Assembly (NCBI RefSeq): GCF_001194135.2
Contig: NC_068981.1
Coordinates: forward strand, 177,911,942-177,975,941
DNA length: 64,000 nt
Direction of reading: 5' to 3'
Source: Octopus bimaculoides
Lineage: Eukaryota
A program made the translations under genes and the position numbers. A model generated the notes under the pieces. It did not search any database and was not told the DNA's origin. It was given only the letters and a program-made list of their open reading frames with translations. Positions within the stretch are counted from its first letter, which is position 1. Every line of letters starts with the position of its first letter. Positions 51,497 to 64,000 of this stretch are shown piece by piece.

Positions 51497-52440
51497 CCAG
51501 ACATACACACTTCCTTCTTTGCATCAAATACTTATTCACTGCACATCCAACAATGTCCAGTCTTATGCAGATAATACAATCTATCATTCTTCCCTAATCT
51601 TTTCCAATACTGCCACATTTATAACGAACCTGGACACCACATACCAAACCTGCTGTGATTCAATAAACGAAGATTTTGAAAGCATCCTCCAGTGGGCCCA
51701 TAACAATCTAGTTTCTTTTAACAGCAAAAAACTTCAAGCACTATCATATCAAGAAACACTATGTCCCTACCAAACATGAGTAGTACTCAGCTAAAACCAT
51801 CATGGTCATTCCAAATGTTGGACCCCAATGCTGCCAAAGATCTCTCTTGGCAAAAGCACACCCTTAAAATAACCAGGACTGCATCCTAAAAACTGGCCGT
51901 TCACTTCAGAACCTGAGACTGTTTCAGTTCCAACAGTTACTGATACACCAGATGACTCATATGAGTTCTACAATGGAGTGCTGCCCTCAAATCTGGAATG
52001 GTGTTGTTGCTAAGCACACATACATCCTGGACCACATCCAGAGAAGGGCCACTCAACTTACTGGCATTAAATCACTCACTGACACATCCAACTGCTGGTC
52101 CACAGGCTGTCTCCTCTCTCCATCTTTTCTATCACTATTATAATGGCTTCTGTTCCTTGGAGTTGACTGGTCCCATATCTCTCCCATTCAGACATCCCCA
52201 ATCCACTTGTCTCCACATCTCATTAACCTTATTGCATCCAACCCAAGCAGCTCCACACTAACCACTATGTTCAATCCTTCCTCTGCAGAGCATCTTCCCA
52301 CTGGAATCTTCATCTTGTCTAAGTCTTTCCTGCGGGTATTTATCTACAGCAGTTTAAACAAAACATTAATGATTATCAAGCTCATCAGTCTCAGAAGACC
52401 TACAAAGGTCATGAGCACTGACCCTTCCTCAAGATTCAGC
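51496..52440 (+). mobile_element. 5'-truncated CR1/L2-type LINE, RT C-terminal part (frameshifted)
   Basis: VQSYADNTIYHS...LQWAHNNLVSFNSKK; ECCPQIWNG...LDHIQRRATQL; LFYHYYNGFCSLEL. Confidence 0.8.
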
Positions 52441-52451
52441 AATGCAGACAT

Positions 52452-53009
52452 GTGAAGCCCAGAGAGGAATGAGGCTAGTATGCTCGGTTGGATGCATAAT
52501 GTCAGTGTACATGTTCGACAGAGTGCTAGTGTAGAGAGAGAAGTTAGGCATAAAAGGGATTAGATGCAGTGCACAAGAGAGAAGAAGACTGCATTGGTTT
52601 GGTCATGTGATGCAGATGGATGCTGACAGCTCCATAAAGAAGTGCCAATCTCTCACAGCGGATGGAACTCATGGAAGAGGGAAACCCAGGAAGACACGGG
52701 ATGAGACTCAGGAAGACACGGGATGAGACTCAGGAAGACATGAAGGATGACAGCAAGATGCTAAACCTTTCAGATAAAATGACAAAGGACCAAGACATCT
52801 GGCACCTTGCTGTACTCAAGAAGACCCAAGCACTCATGGCAGTGCCACATTAAAAGCACCCAGTACACACAGTAAAGTGATTGGTGTTAGTAAGGGTATC
52901 CAGTGGTAGGAACCAAGCCAAATCAGACTAGTACCTGATGCAGCTCTCCAGCTTACCAACTCTGTTCAAATCATCCAACCCATGCCAGCATGGAAAACAG
53001 ACATTAAAG

Positions 53010-53030
<21 letters not shown>
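52452..53030 (+). mobile_element. RTE-clade LINE 3' end with family-D 3' UTR
   Basis: Codes for ...RRRLHWFGHVMQMD...GRGKPRKT-like C-terminus, then the D-type UTR and a (GAT)n tail. Contains a 22-bp unit x2.5 at 52687-52740. Confidence 0.8.
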
Positions 53031-53042
<12 letters not shown>

Positions 53043-53562
53043 GGTTTATATATACAAATATATATGTGTGCATGTGCACACACACACACACCATTGGAAC
53101 CGGACTGTACTCTCACAATAATTTATAATAAGCAGCTGGTTCGATGCTTCCACTAATTCATATAAAAAAAGAGATTGATTTCATGCCCTATTAAACAGAT
53201 TCTGACTTACTCTTTGCTAGTCTCTTGTTTACGCCAACAACACTGTTGTTGTCAGTTTCACTGCTATAAGGATTGGAGAAATCACAATACAGTACACTAT
53301 GCCCCACTTCCTTCATTTCCATTAGACCTGTCTGTTTGGTTGTAGTGTGTTTGTCCACCCATCAATACATAATAACTGCTGTTGGTATGTTTATGTTCAT
53401 GTAACTTAGTGGTTCAACAAAAGAGATCAATAGAATAAGTACCAGGCATAAAAATATAAGTACTAGGGTTGACTTGTTCGACTAAACCCCTGCAGGCAGA
53501 ACCTCCAGCATGGCTGCAGTCTAATGACTCAAACAAGTAAAAGATAAAAGATATATATTTAT

Positions 53563-53680
53563 ATGGTTCCGGGTTCAGTCCCACTGCATGGCACCTTGGG
53601 CAAGTGTCTTCTACTATAGCCTCAGGCCGACCAAAGCCTTGTGAGTGGATTTGGTAGATAGAAACTGAAAGAAGCCCATC

Positions 53681-53719
<39 letters not shown>

Positions 53720-54160
53720 TATGTGTATTTCTTCTATCTTAATGAATAAAAATTCTTCTGATAGAATAAATGGGTTAATAGAAACCAATGTAGCAAAGAA
53801 CACCAAATAACTGTGGTTAGCTCCTGTTTTTAAGGCAGGAACTCCTTGAAATTTTGGGTATTTGAGTATATTTAAGAACATGCGTTTTCTCCAATCCTTA
53901 AATTCTTATATATATATATGTATATATATGTATGTATGTATGTGTATATGTTTGTGTGTCTGTGTTTGTCCCCCCCCCCCAACTTCGCTTGACAACCGAT
54001 GCTGGTGTGTTTACATCCCCGTAACTTAGCGGTTCGGCAAAAAGAGACCGATAGAATAAGTACTAGGCTTACAAAGAATAAGTCCTGGGGTCGATTTGCT
54101 CGACTAAAGGCGGTGCCCCCAGCATGGCCGCAGTCAAATGACTGAAACAAGTAAAAGAGA
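53563..54160 (+). mobile_element. SINE family A split by about 190 bp of unrelated sequence within its (TA)n
   Basis: Head half at 53563-53715, tail half at 53905-54160. Confidence 0.7.
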
Positions 54161-54265
54161 GAAAAAGAGAGAGAAAGAGAGAGCAAGAGAGAGAAAGAGA
54201 GAGAAAGAGAGAGCAAGAGAGAGAAAGAGAGAGCAAGAGAGAGAAAGAGAGAGCAAGAGAGAGAA
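54160..54265. repeat. purine minisatellite, about (AAAGAGAGAGCAAGAGAGAG)n
   Basis: Seen directly, extending from the SINE A tail. Confidence 0.85.
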
Positions 54266-54718
54266 AGGAGGGGTTACTTCTTCTTCTTCTCATTGCTTGT
54301 CATAGAAAATATGACTCTGAACATCTCAAGTTTTGTCTCTTGTTTTTAGTAACTATTTTACTTTTATGACAGACACCATAGATTATATGGTTTGGTAACA
54401 TTTTGGATAAAAAGTGAATAACCATGCTACCATCAACCACTTCAGTATGAAGAGTGGACGGTAGTCAGCTTTACAAAGCTTAAATGAAGTAAGTGCTACT
54501 GTCAAGATATCTACTACTCATAAGTAATTTTCACACAGTGCATAATAAGCAAAACAATGCTTGAAAAATTATGAAACTGGGTGGTAATTGACAACAAGTA
54601 GCCACTAGTTGTATTATATAAGTTTGTCACCTACAAATGTGTTACTTCATAAAAGTGCACCAGACTGCAAGACAATGCCAGCCTATATGTAAATATAAGT
54701 GTGTGTGTGTGTGTGTGC

Positions 54719-54776
<58 letters not shown>

Positions 54777-54930
54777 ATATACATACATGCATGCTCACAT
54801 TCTCATGCACACACATATAAATAATATCAGTGACTTAAACATAACTGTGTATAACAACCTAAACTCAGGTGCACACATTAATAATAAAGCTGCTATAACC
54901 CACAGAATATTGTTGTTGTTGTTGGTACTA

Positions 54931-55287
54931 TGTCGCTTATGACGTCGAGGGTTGCTGTTGATCCGATCAACGGAACAGCCTGCTTGTGAAATTAACATGC
55001 AAGTGGCTGAGCACTCCACAGATACGTGTACCCTTAACGTATTTCTCGGGGAAATTCAGCGTGACAAGGCTGACCCTTTGAATTACAGGCACAACAGAAA
55101 CAGGAAGTAAGAGTGAGAGAAAGTTGTGGTGAAAGAGTACAGCAGGGTTCGCCACCATCCCCTGCCGGGGCATCGTGGCGCTTTAGGTGTATTCGCTCAA
55201 TAAACACTCACAACGCCCGGTCTGAGAATCGAAACCGCGATCCTATGACCGCGAGTCCGCTGCCCTAACCACTGGGCCATTGCGCCT
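54931..55287 (-). mobile_element. SINE family C-related, young-looking copy with tRNA-like head
   Basis: Minus head GGCGCAATGGCCCAGTGGTTAGGGCAGCGGACTCGCGG...GGTTTCGATTCTC (A and B boxes, no acceptor stem); body matches 5940-6080; (CAA)n tail. Confidence 0.8.
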
Positions 55288-55664
55288 CTACTCACATGAT
55301 TTGTATGATGTAGAAAATATTCCATCAACATTGCCTAAATGATGCCTATATCAAGTTTACAAGTTACTGAAGGCTAGGGTCACATGCCACATGCTTCCCC
55401 TACAAAAATTGAGCTCACATGACTTAACAACATTGTAGTACAATTTGTTTACTTTGCCTGGTCCTGATTTTATTCAGCATTACACCAAAATGGAACTCAA
55501 AAAAGAAAGCCACTCCCTAACATTCAAGTGTTATCTGGACAAATTCCTCCAAGAAATACACTGATACCTGAATATATTTTGAGAAAGATCTCTCTACTCA
55601 AGTGGTTATGGTATCCTAAAACATCACTGAAAAATCTACTCCAGGTGATACTATTAAGTTAATA

Positions 55665-55875
55665 ATGATTTCAAATTTTGGTACAAGGCCTGCAATTTCT
55701 GGGGGAGGTGACATTGACCCCCAGAGTTCAACTGGTGCTTATTTTATCGACCCTGAAAGGATGAAAGGCAAAGTTGACCGTGGCAGTATTTGAACTCAGA
55801 ACACAAAGTCAGAAGTGCTGCTAAGCATTTTTTTTTTCTTGACACAGTAATAATTCTGCCAGTTTGCTGCCTTGT
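55665..55875 (-). mobile_element. SINE family B
   Basis: Colinear with the array units. Confidence 0.75.
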
Positions 55876-56349
55876 ATTAAGCTAATAATGACCAAAAGCT
55901 AAATTTGCATGTGTGCATGTGAAGGAGAATCATTTAGATAGAATCCAGTTGTACATATTCAAAGAATCAGTGAAAACAAGTGGATGCAAACTGGATTTGG
56001 AGAAACCCCAAGAGAAAACAAAGGATGATAATGAACAAAGTGAGAGAAAGAAAAGGATAGTTTCGATAAAAATTGGAGACTGGAAAACCCAGAACCTAAA
56101 GTTATGTACAAATGATAAAAAGGCCTTTATCCAGCAGTGGAAAACAATGGATGCTTTGATTGAGGCATGCATTTACGCACATATGCACACTCACATACAT
56201 ATATATTGCAGTTTCAATACATTAACACATTATCTTTTCTAGCCTCAACTTAACTTCTCATTTTAGGAAGTTTATCAAAATCTACATTCAGACATTGTTT
56301 TATATTTATCCCCCCCCCCAAAAAAAATTTTGACCAGACAGAATATAAT

Positions 56350-56720
56350 TTATAGACGCAGACATGGCTGTGTGTTAAGAAACACTTTGGGCATGTGTCT
56401 TCTACTATGACTTTGAGCCAACCAAAGCCTTGTGAGTAGATTTGGTAGGTGGAAACCGAAAGAAGCCCATTGTGTGTGTGTGTGCGCATGCATGCATGCA
56501 CATATGTGTCTTTGTATCTGTGTTTATCCCCCACCGCTGCTTGACATCTGGTGTTGGTGTGTTTACATCCCCATAACTTAGTGGTTCAGCAAAAGAGACC
56601 AATACAATAAATATCAGGCTTTAAAAAAAAAGTACTGGAGTCAATTCATTTGATTAAAATTCTTCGAGGCAGTGCTCCAGCATGGCCACAGTGTAATGAT
56701 TGAAACAAGTAAAAGATAAA
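56350..56720 (+). mobile_element. SINE family A with deletion in the head
   Basis: Body and tail colinear with other A copies. Confidence 0.7.
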
Positions 56721-57171
56721 CAATGAAAGATAAAAGATTGTAAAATGTTCTGTTAACATAATTGGAAAATATTGCCATTATTTGATATTTTTACTTTAAA
56801 AAAGAAAAAAAGTGTTAAAAATTTAGTGTTTTTCAAAAGCCAGCATGAGTGTCTGGTTTCAGAAATATATCTATCATATTAAAAAGATTGCTTTTCATAT
56901 ATATGAACACTAAAGATAAATATGTTTGTGTAAATAAAGATTACATTAACTCACACACACACACACATACACACACAAACAAACACAAACACACACGTAC
57001 TTTATATCTAGATATATGCAAACATGATTTGATTTTAAGGTTTCGAATTGCATAGGTGCATGTATACATGTGAGTGACTGTGTATGTATGTGTGCACGCA
57101 CATACAGAATGATACCAAATAATCAAGCTGTCTCTATTAATCATCAATCATAGACTCTCAAGTCATTCCAC

Positions 57172-57399
57172 TTAACCCTTTAGAATTTAAACTGGTCATA
57201 TTCGGCCCACATATTCTGCCTATTCTATGTTTAAGCAAGCCAAATCATGCCTCTCACACTTACCCTACAAAGTCGTTATGAAAATAAACAATCGTGTGAT
57301 CAAAATCTTGAAGTGACAATATAATGTATGAATATTTTAAAACAATGAGAATAAATAAGCATTACATTTGACAGAGTAATCTGAATGTAAAAAGGATTA
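57172..57399. mobile_element. piggyBac-like MITE family E
   Basis: TTAA-CCCTTTAG...CTGAATGTAAAAGGA-TTAA. Confidence 0.65.
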
Positions 57400-60242
57400 A
57401 AATTAAAGCTTTAGGTTTTTGGAATAAAATAATAATAATAATAACTTCTACATTTACACCCAAAGAAAAATGGGATAAACCATTAGTGTTGACCTACTTA
57501 AAATATTTATCAGCTGATTAAACTTTTGCTTTTGTCAATAAAGACATATATGGTAGGTCATACTGATATATTTGCTTAATTGGGTACATGTCAATTATTC
57601 ATCTTCTTTCTTTTTTCTTTCTCTTCTAATATATTCCACTTTTGTGTAAGAGAAAACTATAAGTTCATAGTATACGCAATACCATTCACAGGTTTTAAAA
57701 AATGGATTTTGTAAACTTACTGCTTAATGAGAGATAACAAATTTTATTCAACCGATCAAACATGTAAAAATAAATTTACTCTCCTGTTACATATACAGTA
57801 CAAACAGAACAGTAATTCACAATTAAGAGGACAGCATTTTGTTTTGCTTTTGTATTTTAAATATTTTTTCTGAAAAGCCATGATCTGGCTTTTGTAAATT
57901 TAGCATAGTAAACCACAAAGATTATTTGACAATCTTTACAAATTAAATTCATTTCCAAACACAAAGAAACTAAATAACCAAGGAAAGTATTTTGGGAGAA
58001 AAAAAGCCACATCATCATATTTTGACAACCATGCTGGTATGGGTTACACTGGTCTTACAGCATCTTATCATTTGTTGCATTTCTTCCTCACCTGGCATAA
58101 ACAGATGAAACCAACTATTTATGTTGTTTTTTATATGCTGTGTGTGTATGTGTGTGTTTGTGCACATGGGTACACACACACACATATGCATATATAAATA
58201 CACACACATTTCTTTGTTTATTCATTTAACACCTGTGTTCTCATGCTATCATAAGCTGGATGAAGACTTATCATTGAGACACTATTTTACAACTGGATGC
58301 CCTTCCTAACCCTTACTGCTTTTCAAGTAAAGAATGTTTTTTTTTCCTTTTTTTTTTTATTCCACTTCCCTTCAAAAGCACAGAGTTATGAGGTAATTTC
58401 TTAACAGAAAACATCAATATAAAGTCCTTGCCTGAGTGGTTTCATGTAAAGATAGCATACAAACATTCATTTAGACACAAACATGTGCACGTGCGCACAC
58501 ACTCACACACACACAACCTTCTACACAGTTTCTGCCTATCAATTCCTCTCAATTTTGCAAGGCATTAAATGGCCTAAGTCTCCATTAGAAAACCTCTGCC
58601 CAGAGTGCTATACAGTGTGACAAGACGTCAGGACCATGCGGAATGCAGGGAGCCATGCCTGTACATTTGTACCTGAGTATTTGTATCTATCTATCTATCT
58701 ATCATCAACAATGCTGCTTTAACATCCACTTTGAGGCAGATATCCTATAGCTACATTATGCCCTTCCTGTTGCCAATCTGCACCTGCTTCCTAGCAAGGT
58801 CATAACTTCCCTATGATCTGGAATATTTTCATAAGAGATTGGAAATGAAGGATATTGCTTGTATCTCAGATGTGTTCATTTACAGTGTCAAGACAAATGC
58901 ACACACACACACATGCGCATGCAGCAGACTTCCTCTGGTTTCTATCAACCAAATCCACTCAAATGGCTTGGCTTTGGTTAATCTGGAACTATAGTAGAAG
59001 ATACTTGCCCAAGGCACCATGCAGCAAAATTGAACCTGAAACCACATAACTAGGAAGTGAACTTCTTAATTGTATCATGCTTGCACTTCACAAAGACATA
59101 CACACACAAATAACCAAGAATTTCTTATGAAAAAGCTTTGAACGTATTAAGTTAGTCAAAATAATGTTATTTCTTTTTAACACCACTTAAATATTACCCA
59201 AGAACATCATGTGTAAATTATCATAGCCGCATCAAATTCAAAAGACATATATGTGACAAACTATATGTAATAAAGCCATTGCTAATATTGTGTTTTTAAG
59301 ACAATTATGGATTATTTGCAACCAGATTATAAATACAGTCTATTTGTGGCAGTGGTGGTGGTAGAAGCAGCAGCATTTTAAATAATATTTATTACAACAA
59401 AAATTAAGTGGAGCACAAAAGAACAAGGAATGAGAATATGCAAAAGGTATAAAGATTCAAGAAGTAAATAAAACCGAAAAGAAAAAAAAGATGGGGAAAT
59501 ATTAGTGCTATGAAGAGGTGTATATATTATTATAGTTGCATCCAATTCAAAAGTGGGGCTTGCTACGGACAGGTATATAAATAAGATGGTGATACAACAG
59601 AAGCAGTGAAAACTGAAAACTAGCATTTAGGTTTAATGATGTTATGTAAGATCATTATGCAATCATTTGATAACAGATATGTTTGTTGCACATATCAATA
59701 ATCAATAAAAGAGTCGTATCTGATAATGATAGATAAATATATGGATAGTTTAACAGTAGAACTGTATGTGAATTATGTAATTGAAATTTAGGTAAATGAT
59801 CTGTAACTTTCACTGTAACTTTTGTTTCCATAAAAGGTATACATATTAGCACCCATGGAAATCACCCAAAATTTTTAGTGCATCTGATATTTTCTTTAAA
59901 AAGACAAATTTTTTTTTTTTTTTAATTCTTTAGTCAGGGGGGAAGTGTCATACCTTTCTATAGAGACTCTGAGAGGGAGAAAGGCATCGTCAAATCAGAA
60001 ACCAGACCTAAATACTTGCAATAGAGCAGTGGTCTTTGTTAAAGGCCCCCAAAATTCTGGATAGTGGTTATATCTATTAAGTAGGCTACAGTGAGGTCTG
60101 AACTCAGAACACTAAGAGTAAGAACAAATATTACAAAGTATCTTGTCTGATACTAACACTTCCTTTAATCAAGGGCTCTCCAACCACTGGGCTGCAGACC
60201 AATATCAGGCCACAGATCAGTGCAATATATATAGGTATTATA

Positions 60243-60440
60243 AGGCAGTAAGTTGGCAGAATTGTTAATGTGCCAGGCATTTCTTTGATTTTAAGTTCTA
60301 AGTTCAAATTCTGCCGAGGTCAACTCTGCATTTCATCTTTACAAGATCAATAAAATAAGTACCAGTTGAACAATGAGGTCGATGTAATTGACTTATCTCC
60401 CTCAAAATTGTTAGCCTTGTGCCAAAATTTGAAAGCAATA
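60243..60440 (+). mobile_element. SINE family B
   Basis: GTTGGCAGAATTG...AGTTCAAATTCTGCCGAGGTCAAC...AATAAGTACCAG. Confidence 0.75.
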
Positions 60441-60442
60441 TA

Positions 60443-60949
60443 NNNNNNNNNNNNNNNNNNNNNNNNNNNNNNNNNNNNNNNNNNNNNNNNNNNNNNNNNN
60501 NNNNNNNNNNNNNNNNNNNNNNNNNNNNNNNNNNNNNNNNNNNNNNNNNNNNNNNNNNNNNNNNNNNNNNNNNNNNNNNNNNNNNNNNNNNNNNNNNNNN
60601 NNNNNNNNNNNNNNNNNNNNNNNNNNNNNNNNNNNNNNNNNNNNNNNNNNNNNNNNNNNNNNNNNNNNNNNNNNNNNNNNNNNNNNNNNNNNNNNNNNNN
60701 NNNNNNNNNNNNNNNNNNNNNNNNNNNNNNNNNNNNNNNNNNNNNNNNNNNNNNNNNNNNNNNNNNNNNNNNNNNNNNNNNNNNNNNNNNNNNNNNNNNN
60801 NNNNNNNNNNNNNNNNNNNNNNNNNNNNNNNNNNNNNNNNNNNNNNNNNNNNNNNNNNNNNNNNNNNNNNNNNNNNNNNNNNNNNNNNNNNNNNNNNNNN
60901 NNNNNNNNNNNNNNNNNNNNNNNNNNNNNNNNNNNNNNNNNNNNNNNNN
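60443..60949. other. assembly gap (507 N) followed by poly-A
   Basis: N run. Confidence 0.99.
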
Positions 60950-61624
60950 AAAAAAAAAAAAAAAAAAAAAAAAGAATGGGATTAAGATACTTGAATTATT
61001 TTCTGCTTTCAGAAATATTTCCTACCTCAAACATGTTGACAAAACCAAATACTTCATTTTTATTGTATAACTGTTCTCTTTCACTTTTCCTTTCATATGT
61101 CTCTCTCTCTCTCTCTCTCCCACACAAACACATCTGCATTTACACACACATACATGCAATCTCTATCTCTGAAAACTAGACAACAAATTTGGCCTCAATC
61201 TATCCTCACTAAGAGGAATTCAAGGTCAAACACATTCAAACATATTCTACTGTTAAAAGTTGCCTTTTTATTCTAATTGCAGCTTATTTCTATTCTGCAT
61301 ATTTATTTTCCTCCAAAGTAAATATAAAAGAGAAAAAGAAAACTCAAAAACTCTGACCTCAAAAGAGTCGATTTTAGAGTTTATAATGCTACTGAAAACA
61401 CATATTTCTGTGAAGCTATGCCAATGAGAATAATGAGCTGATGGTTAGGAAGCTTGCAAGATAGAATTAAAAGCAATGAATGAGAGGTGTAGTGAGGATA
61501 TCAGTCTAAGAATAGCCTTTTAGTAAGGATGGATGGCAACCTGATAAAATAGTCAAGTGGAAAAGCTAATGAGGAGTAATATTGGTGAGGATTGGTGGAG
61601 GAGGATGGGAGTAAAAACAACAAT

Positions 61625-61665
<41 letters not shown>

Positions 61666-62719
61666 ATGTATCTAAGATATAAGAAGAAATGAGATGAAAA
61701 GAAGCCAAGAGAAGATATATGTAAGATCTAATGAAGTAATGTCTGAAAAATACCTGAATAATCTAATCAGCTCTATATTTTGTGGAAAGGTAAATAAAAT
61801 ATTCTTGTTTCTTGTTGACATTTTTTAAAACCCAGAGTCATTATTTTTCAGAAAGCATAAAGAAATTTCAAATAGATTTGACATACAAATTATGCAGATC
61901 AGTTCCAATGATGATGATGATGGTGGTGATTGTAGTGATGATGATGATGATGATGATAGTGAGGATAACGCTGTCAAAGTGGTAAAAGCGAGATAAAGAA
62001 AGTGCTCATACAACACGAACACATGTAATAAGGACAGGATACACTCACAACTCCCAAAGAGTATCAGTGCAGTTATTCCAAACAAGGATTGAAACCTAGA
62101 TATATATTCAATTAGCCAAGAATTTAACCATTTTATGTTTGCCATAAAAACATTAATTCTTCTGTAGGCACAAATCCTGATATATTTTAAGATTGTTAGT
62201 AGGAAATTATGACAACAATAATAATGGTTCTTAACTGTACCAGAAGGCCAAAACTGAGAGGAATGGGTGTGGTTGACTTTATCACCCACCATGTATTACA
62301 CTAAACCTGGAAAGATAAAAGGCAGCTGACCATAAGAAGAAAGACAATAATTATAATAATCATGATAAGTTATAACTTTGACTCAAGACCACAGATTTTA
62401 AAGGAGTGAATATATATTCAGTTAAATCAACAGTTGCTTATTTTGTTAATGTCAGATGAAAGATGAAATTGAAGTAAATCAAAACCTTACACAGAGAGAT
62501 GTAAGACATTTTATTTACCCCACCCCCTATGTTTGTCATCTACAATAACAACAACAATAATTTCTAACACAGGCATTGACTCCAATACTTGATTGGTACT
62601 TTATTTTTATGAATTCCCAGAAGGATGGATGGCTAAGTTGGCCTTAACAAGATTTGAACTCAGAATGTAAAAAATCAGAACAAATAGCCAAATCCATTCC
62701 TGACATGAAATCAGCAGTT

Positions 62720-64000
62720 TGGAAGGACAGTTTTGTCATCTCAGACAAGTTCATCTCCTGGCACATTCATACCTGAAAAGCTAACCTTGTGCAGGCAAAG
62801 TCTCTCTGTGGTACTGCCAAACCAAGGAATTTTGGAAGTTGTCCATAATCCCCAGCCTGAAAGTCCTCCACTACTCACTATATAATGTAAAGATATCTTT
62901 TCACCAACTATGTTGTCCCATTGTAGCTAAGTGTAGCGAGCACTGGCAATATTTCAGATGCCAAACAATTAATCAAAGTAACAAATTGTGAAAAGTAGTG
63001 TTGCACAAACTGTGACTACACCTATTCACCATTGTTGTCAAAGTAGTCTAGGAAATGTATCAGCCCTAGCAGAAGGTTGTCATCAGTAATATCATCCCAA
63101 GACCTCACCATCACATGCATTGAGTGTTGGCAGGAGATAGATTTCTTGACTAGAAAAACATGTCCTTTCTGCATAAAGTGAAAGAGTATGCTTTCCAATC
63201 TGGTCAGGTGTTACCTAAGATAAGGCACATTGGTCAAGCTCTAGTAACCACTGAAGTGACGTTGGTGTTTCCCATTTCTGCATTTCAAAGACAATATCTT
63301 CTCAGCTCATTTCTAAATGAAAGTGGCCACTCTACTCGTGATCTTTTCTCAGTTTCATTTCTCTGCTTGGAAGTCTGGTCTGAATCACAGACCGTGGGCA
63401 TCTTAATTAAACCCTTGGTCCAGTAACAGAAATTACAGCTGGCTGACATGAGCTTGCTTCTCTAAGTAGAGAGTTACAACCCTACTAACTTCTCCTGTCT
63501 TAATGCGTACTCCAGGCACACTTCTTGTATGATGTTAAACATCTTGCTTCAGTAGCATCACCACTCCTTGGATCACAAACTCGAAGTACTCAAGTCTGCT
63601 GCTAGCTACAGTAGACAGTTGCTAGCTACAGTAGACAGCTGCCAAGACAATAGTAAACAAGTCTAACACAGGAATAATAATTTTCTAGAGCAGACCATCC
63701 AGTACAAGTGAATTATTCCTTGCACAACAGCTGAAATTGACTTTTTGCTGCAATCTGTCACTGGTCAAGACTCATGGCAGACCATCATGGTAAGCAACAA
63801 AGATATACATCTTGCATCTGTTGTTCATCACAAACAGATTAGCAAAGTACTGCTAGAAAGCCATACACATCTGCTTTGAACCCATAGTGTGCACCCAATG
63901 TGGTCTGTCAGAAATCAAAATGTGGTTTTGCAGCCACACTATGCTTCTGTTACCCAAACTCATCAAAAGATTTTCTTGTCATCATGTTTCAACATACATC
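62720..64000 (-). mobile_element. decayed RTE-type LINE ORF2, RT domain (continues beyond the window)
   Basis: RT motifs appear in order across broken frames: NNSLVLDGL (cf. NKAPGPDGI), GVVMLLK, DQGF, QEIYLLPTLNA (cf. QGCVLAPTLFN), FLDYFDN (cf. LDYADD). Confidence 0.55.

Noticed and set aside
53211-53263. Minus exon-like 53-nt segment (SETDNNSVVGVNKRLAK) with a GTAAGT donor
   Set aside because: Isolated, with no partner exons; such motifs are expected by chance at this scale.
55215-55287. tRNA gene (also the heads at 28342 and 38262)
   Set aside because: A and B boxes are present, but there is no acceptor stem or terminator and the sequence continues into a SINE body.
55913-56242. 109-aa charged ORF
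   Set aside because: No splice support, no recognisable domain, and it runs into a (CA)-rich repeat; possibly decayed LINE sequence.
62720-64000. Academ-type DNA transposase (TVCDSDQTS read as TGCDTTS)
   Set aside because: Full translation shows RT motifs in the correct order, which fits an RTE-type LINE better.

Overview
AT-rich, microsatellite-dense eukaryotic DNA from a gapped scaffold with four N gaps. The repeat landscape (tRNA-headed SINEs with internal TA/TG microsatellites, RTE- and CR1-type LINE remnants, TTAA-flanked MITEs) resembles what I recall for Octopus; that is an inference, not a lookup. No complete gene, rRNA, tRNA gene or CRISPR array is visible, and nearly all ORFs in the track come from microsatellites, gaps or decayed transposons. 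The best-supported host features are: (1) the 3' part of an unidentified + strand gene, with candidate exons at 2332-2432 and 4470/4481-4580 and a terminal exon at 12651-12698 ending in a CaaX box (TCCIL*); (2) a CpG-retaining domain at about 11.7-20.8 kb with a GA-rich promoter-like core and outward-facing strong donor sites (minus at 15763, plus at 17783); (3) a possible chain of short non-coding + strand exons and a candidate 3-nt microexon. The clearest mobile elements are a composite Helitron (45582-47045) with both canonical ends and a RepHel C-terminal remnant, a perfect-TIR Tc1/mariner MITE, and a head-to-tail stack of about 10 SINEs at 20.5-22.9 kb. I found no strong evidence for a wholly new biological system. 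The unidentified prenylated protein, the promoter architecture, the microexon candidate and the intronic dsRNA fold-backs are the best leads.
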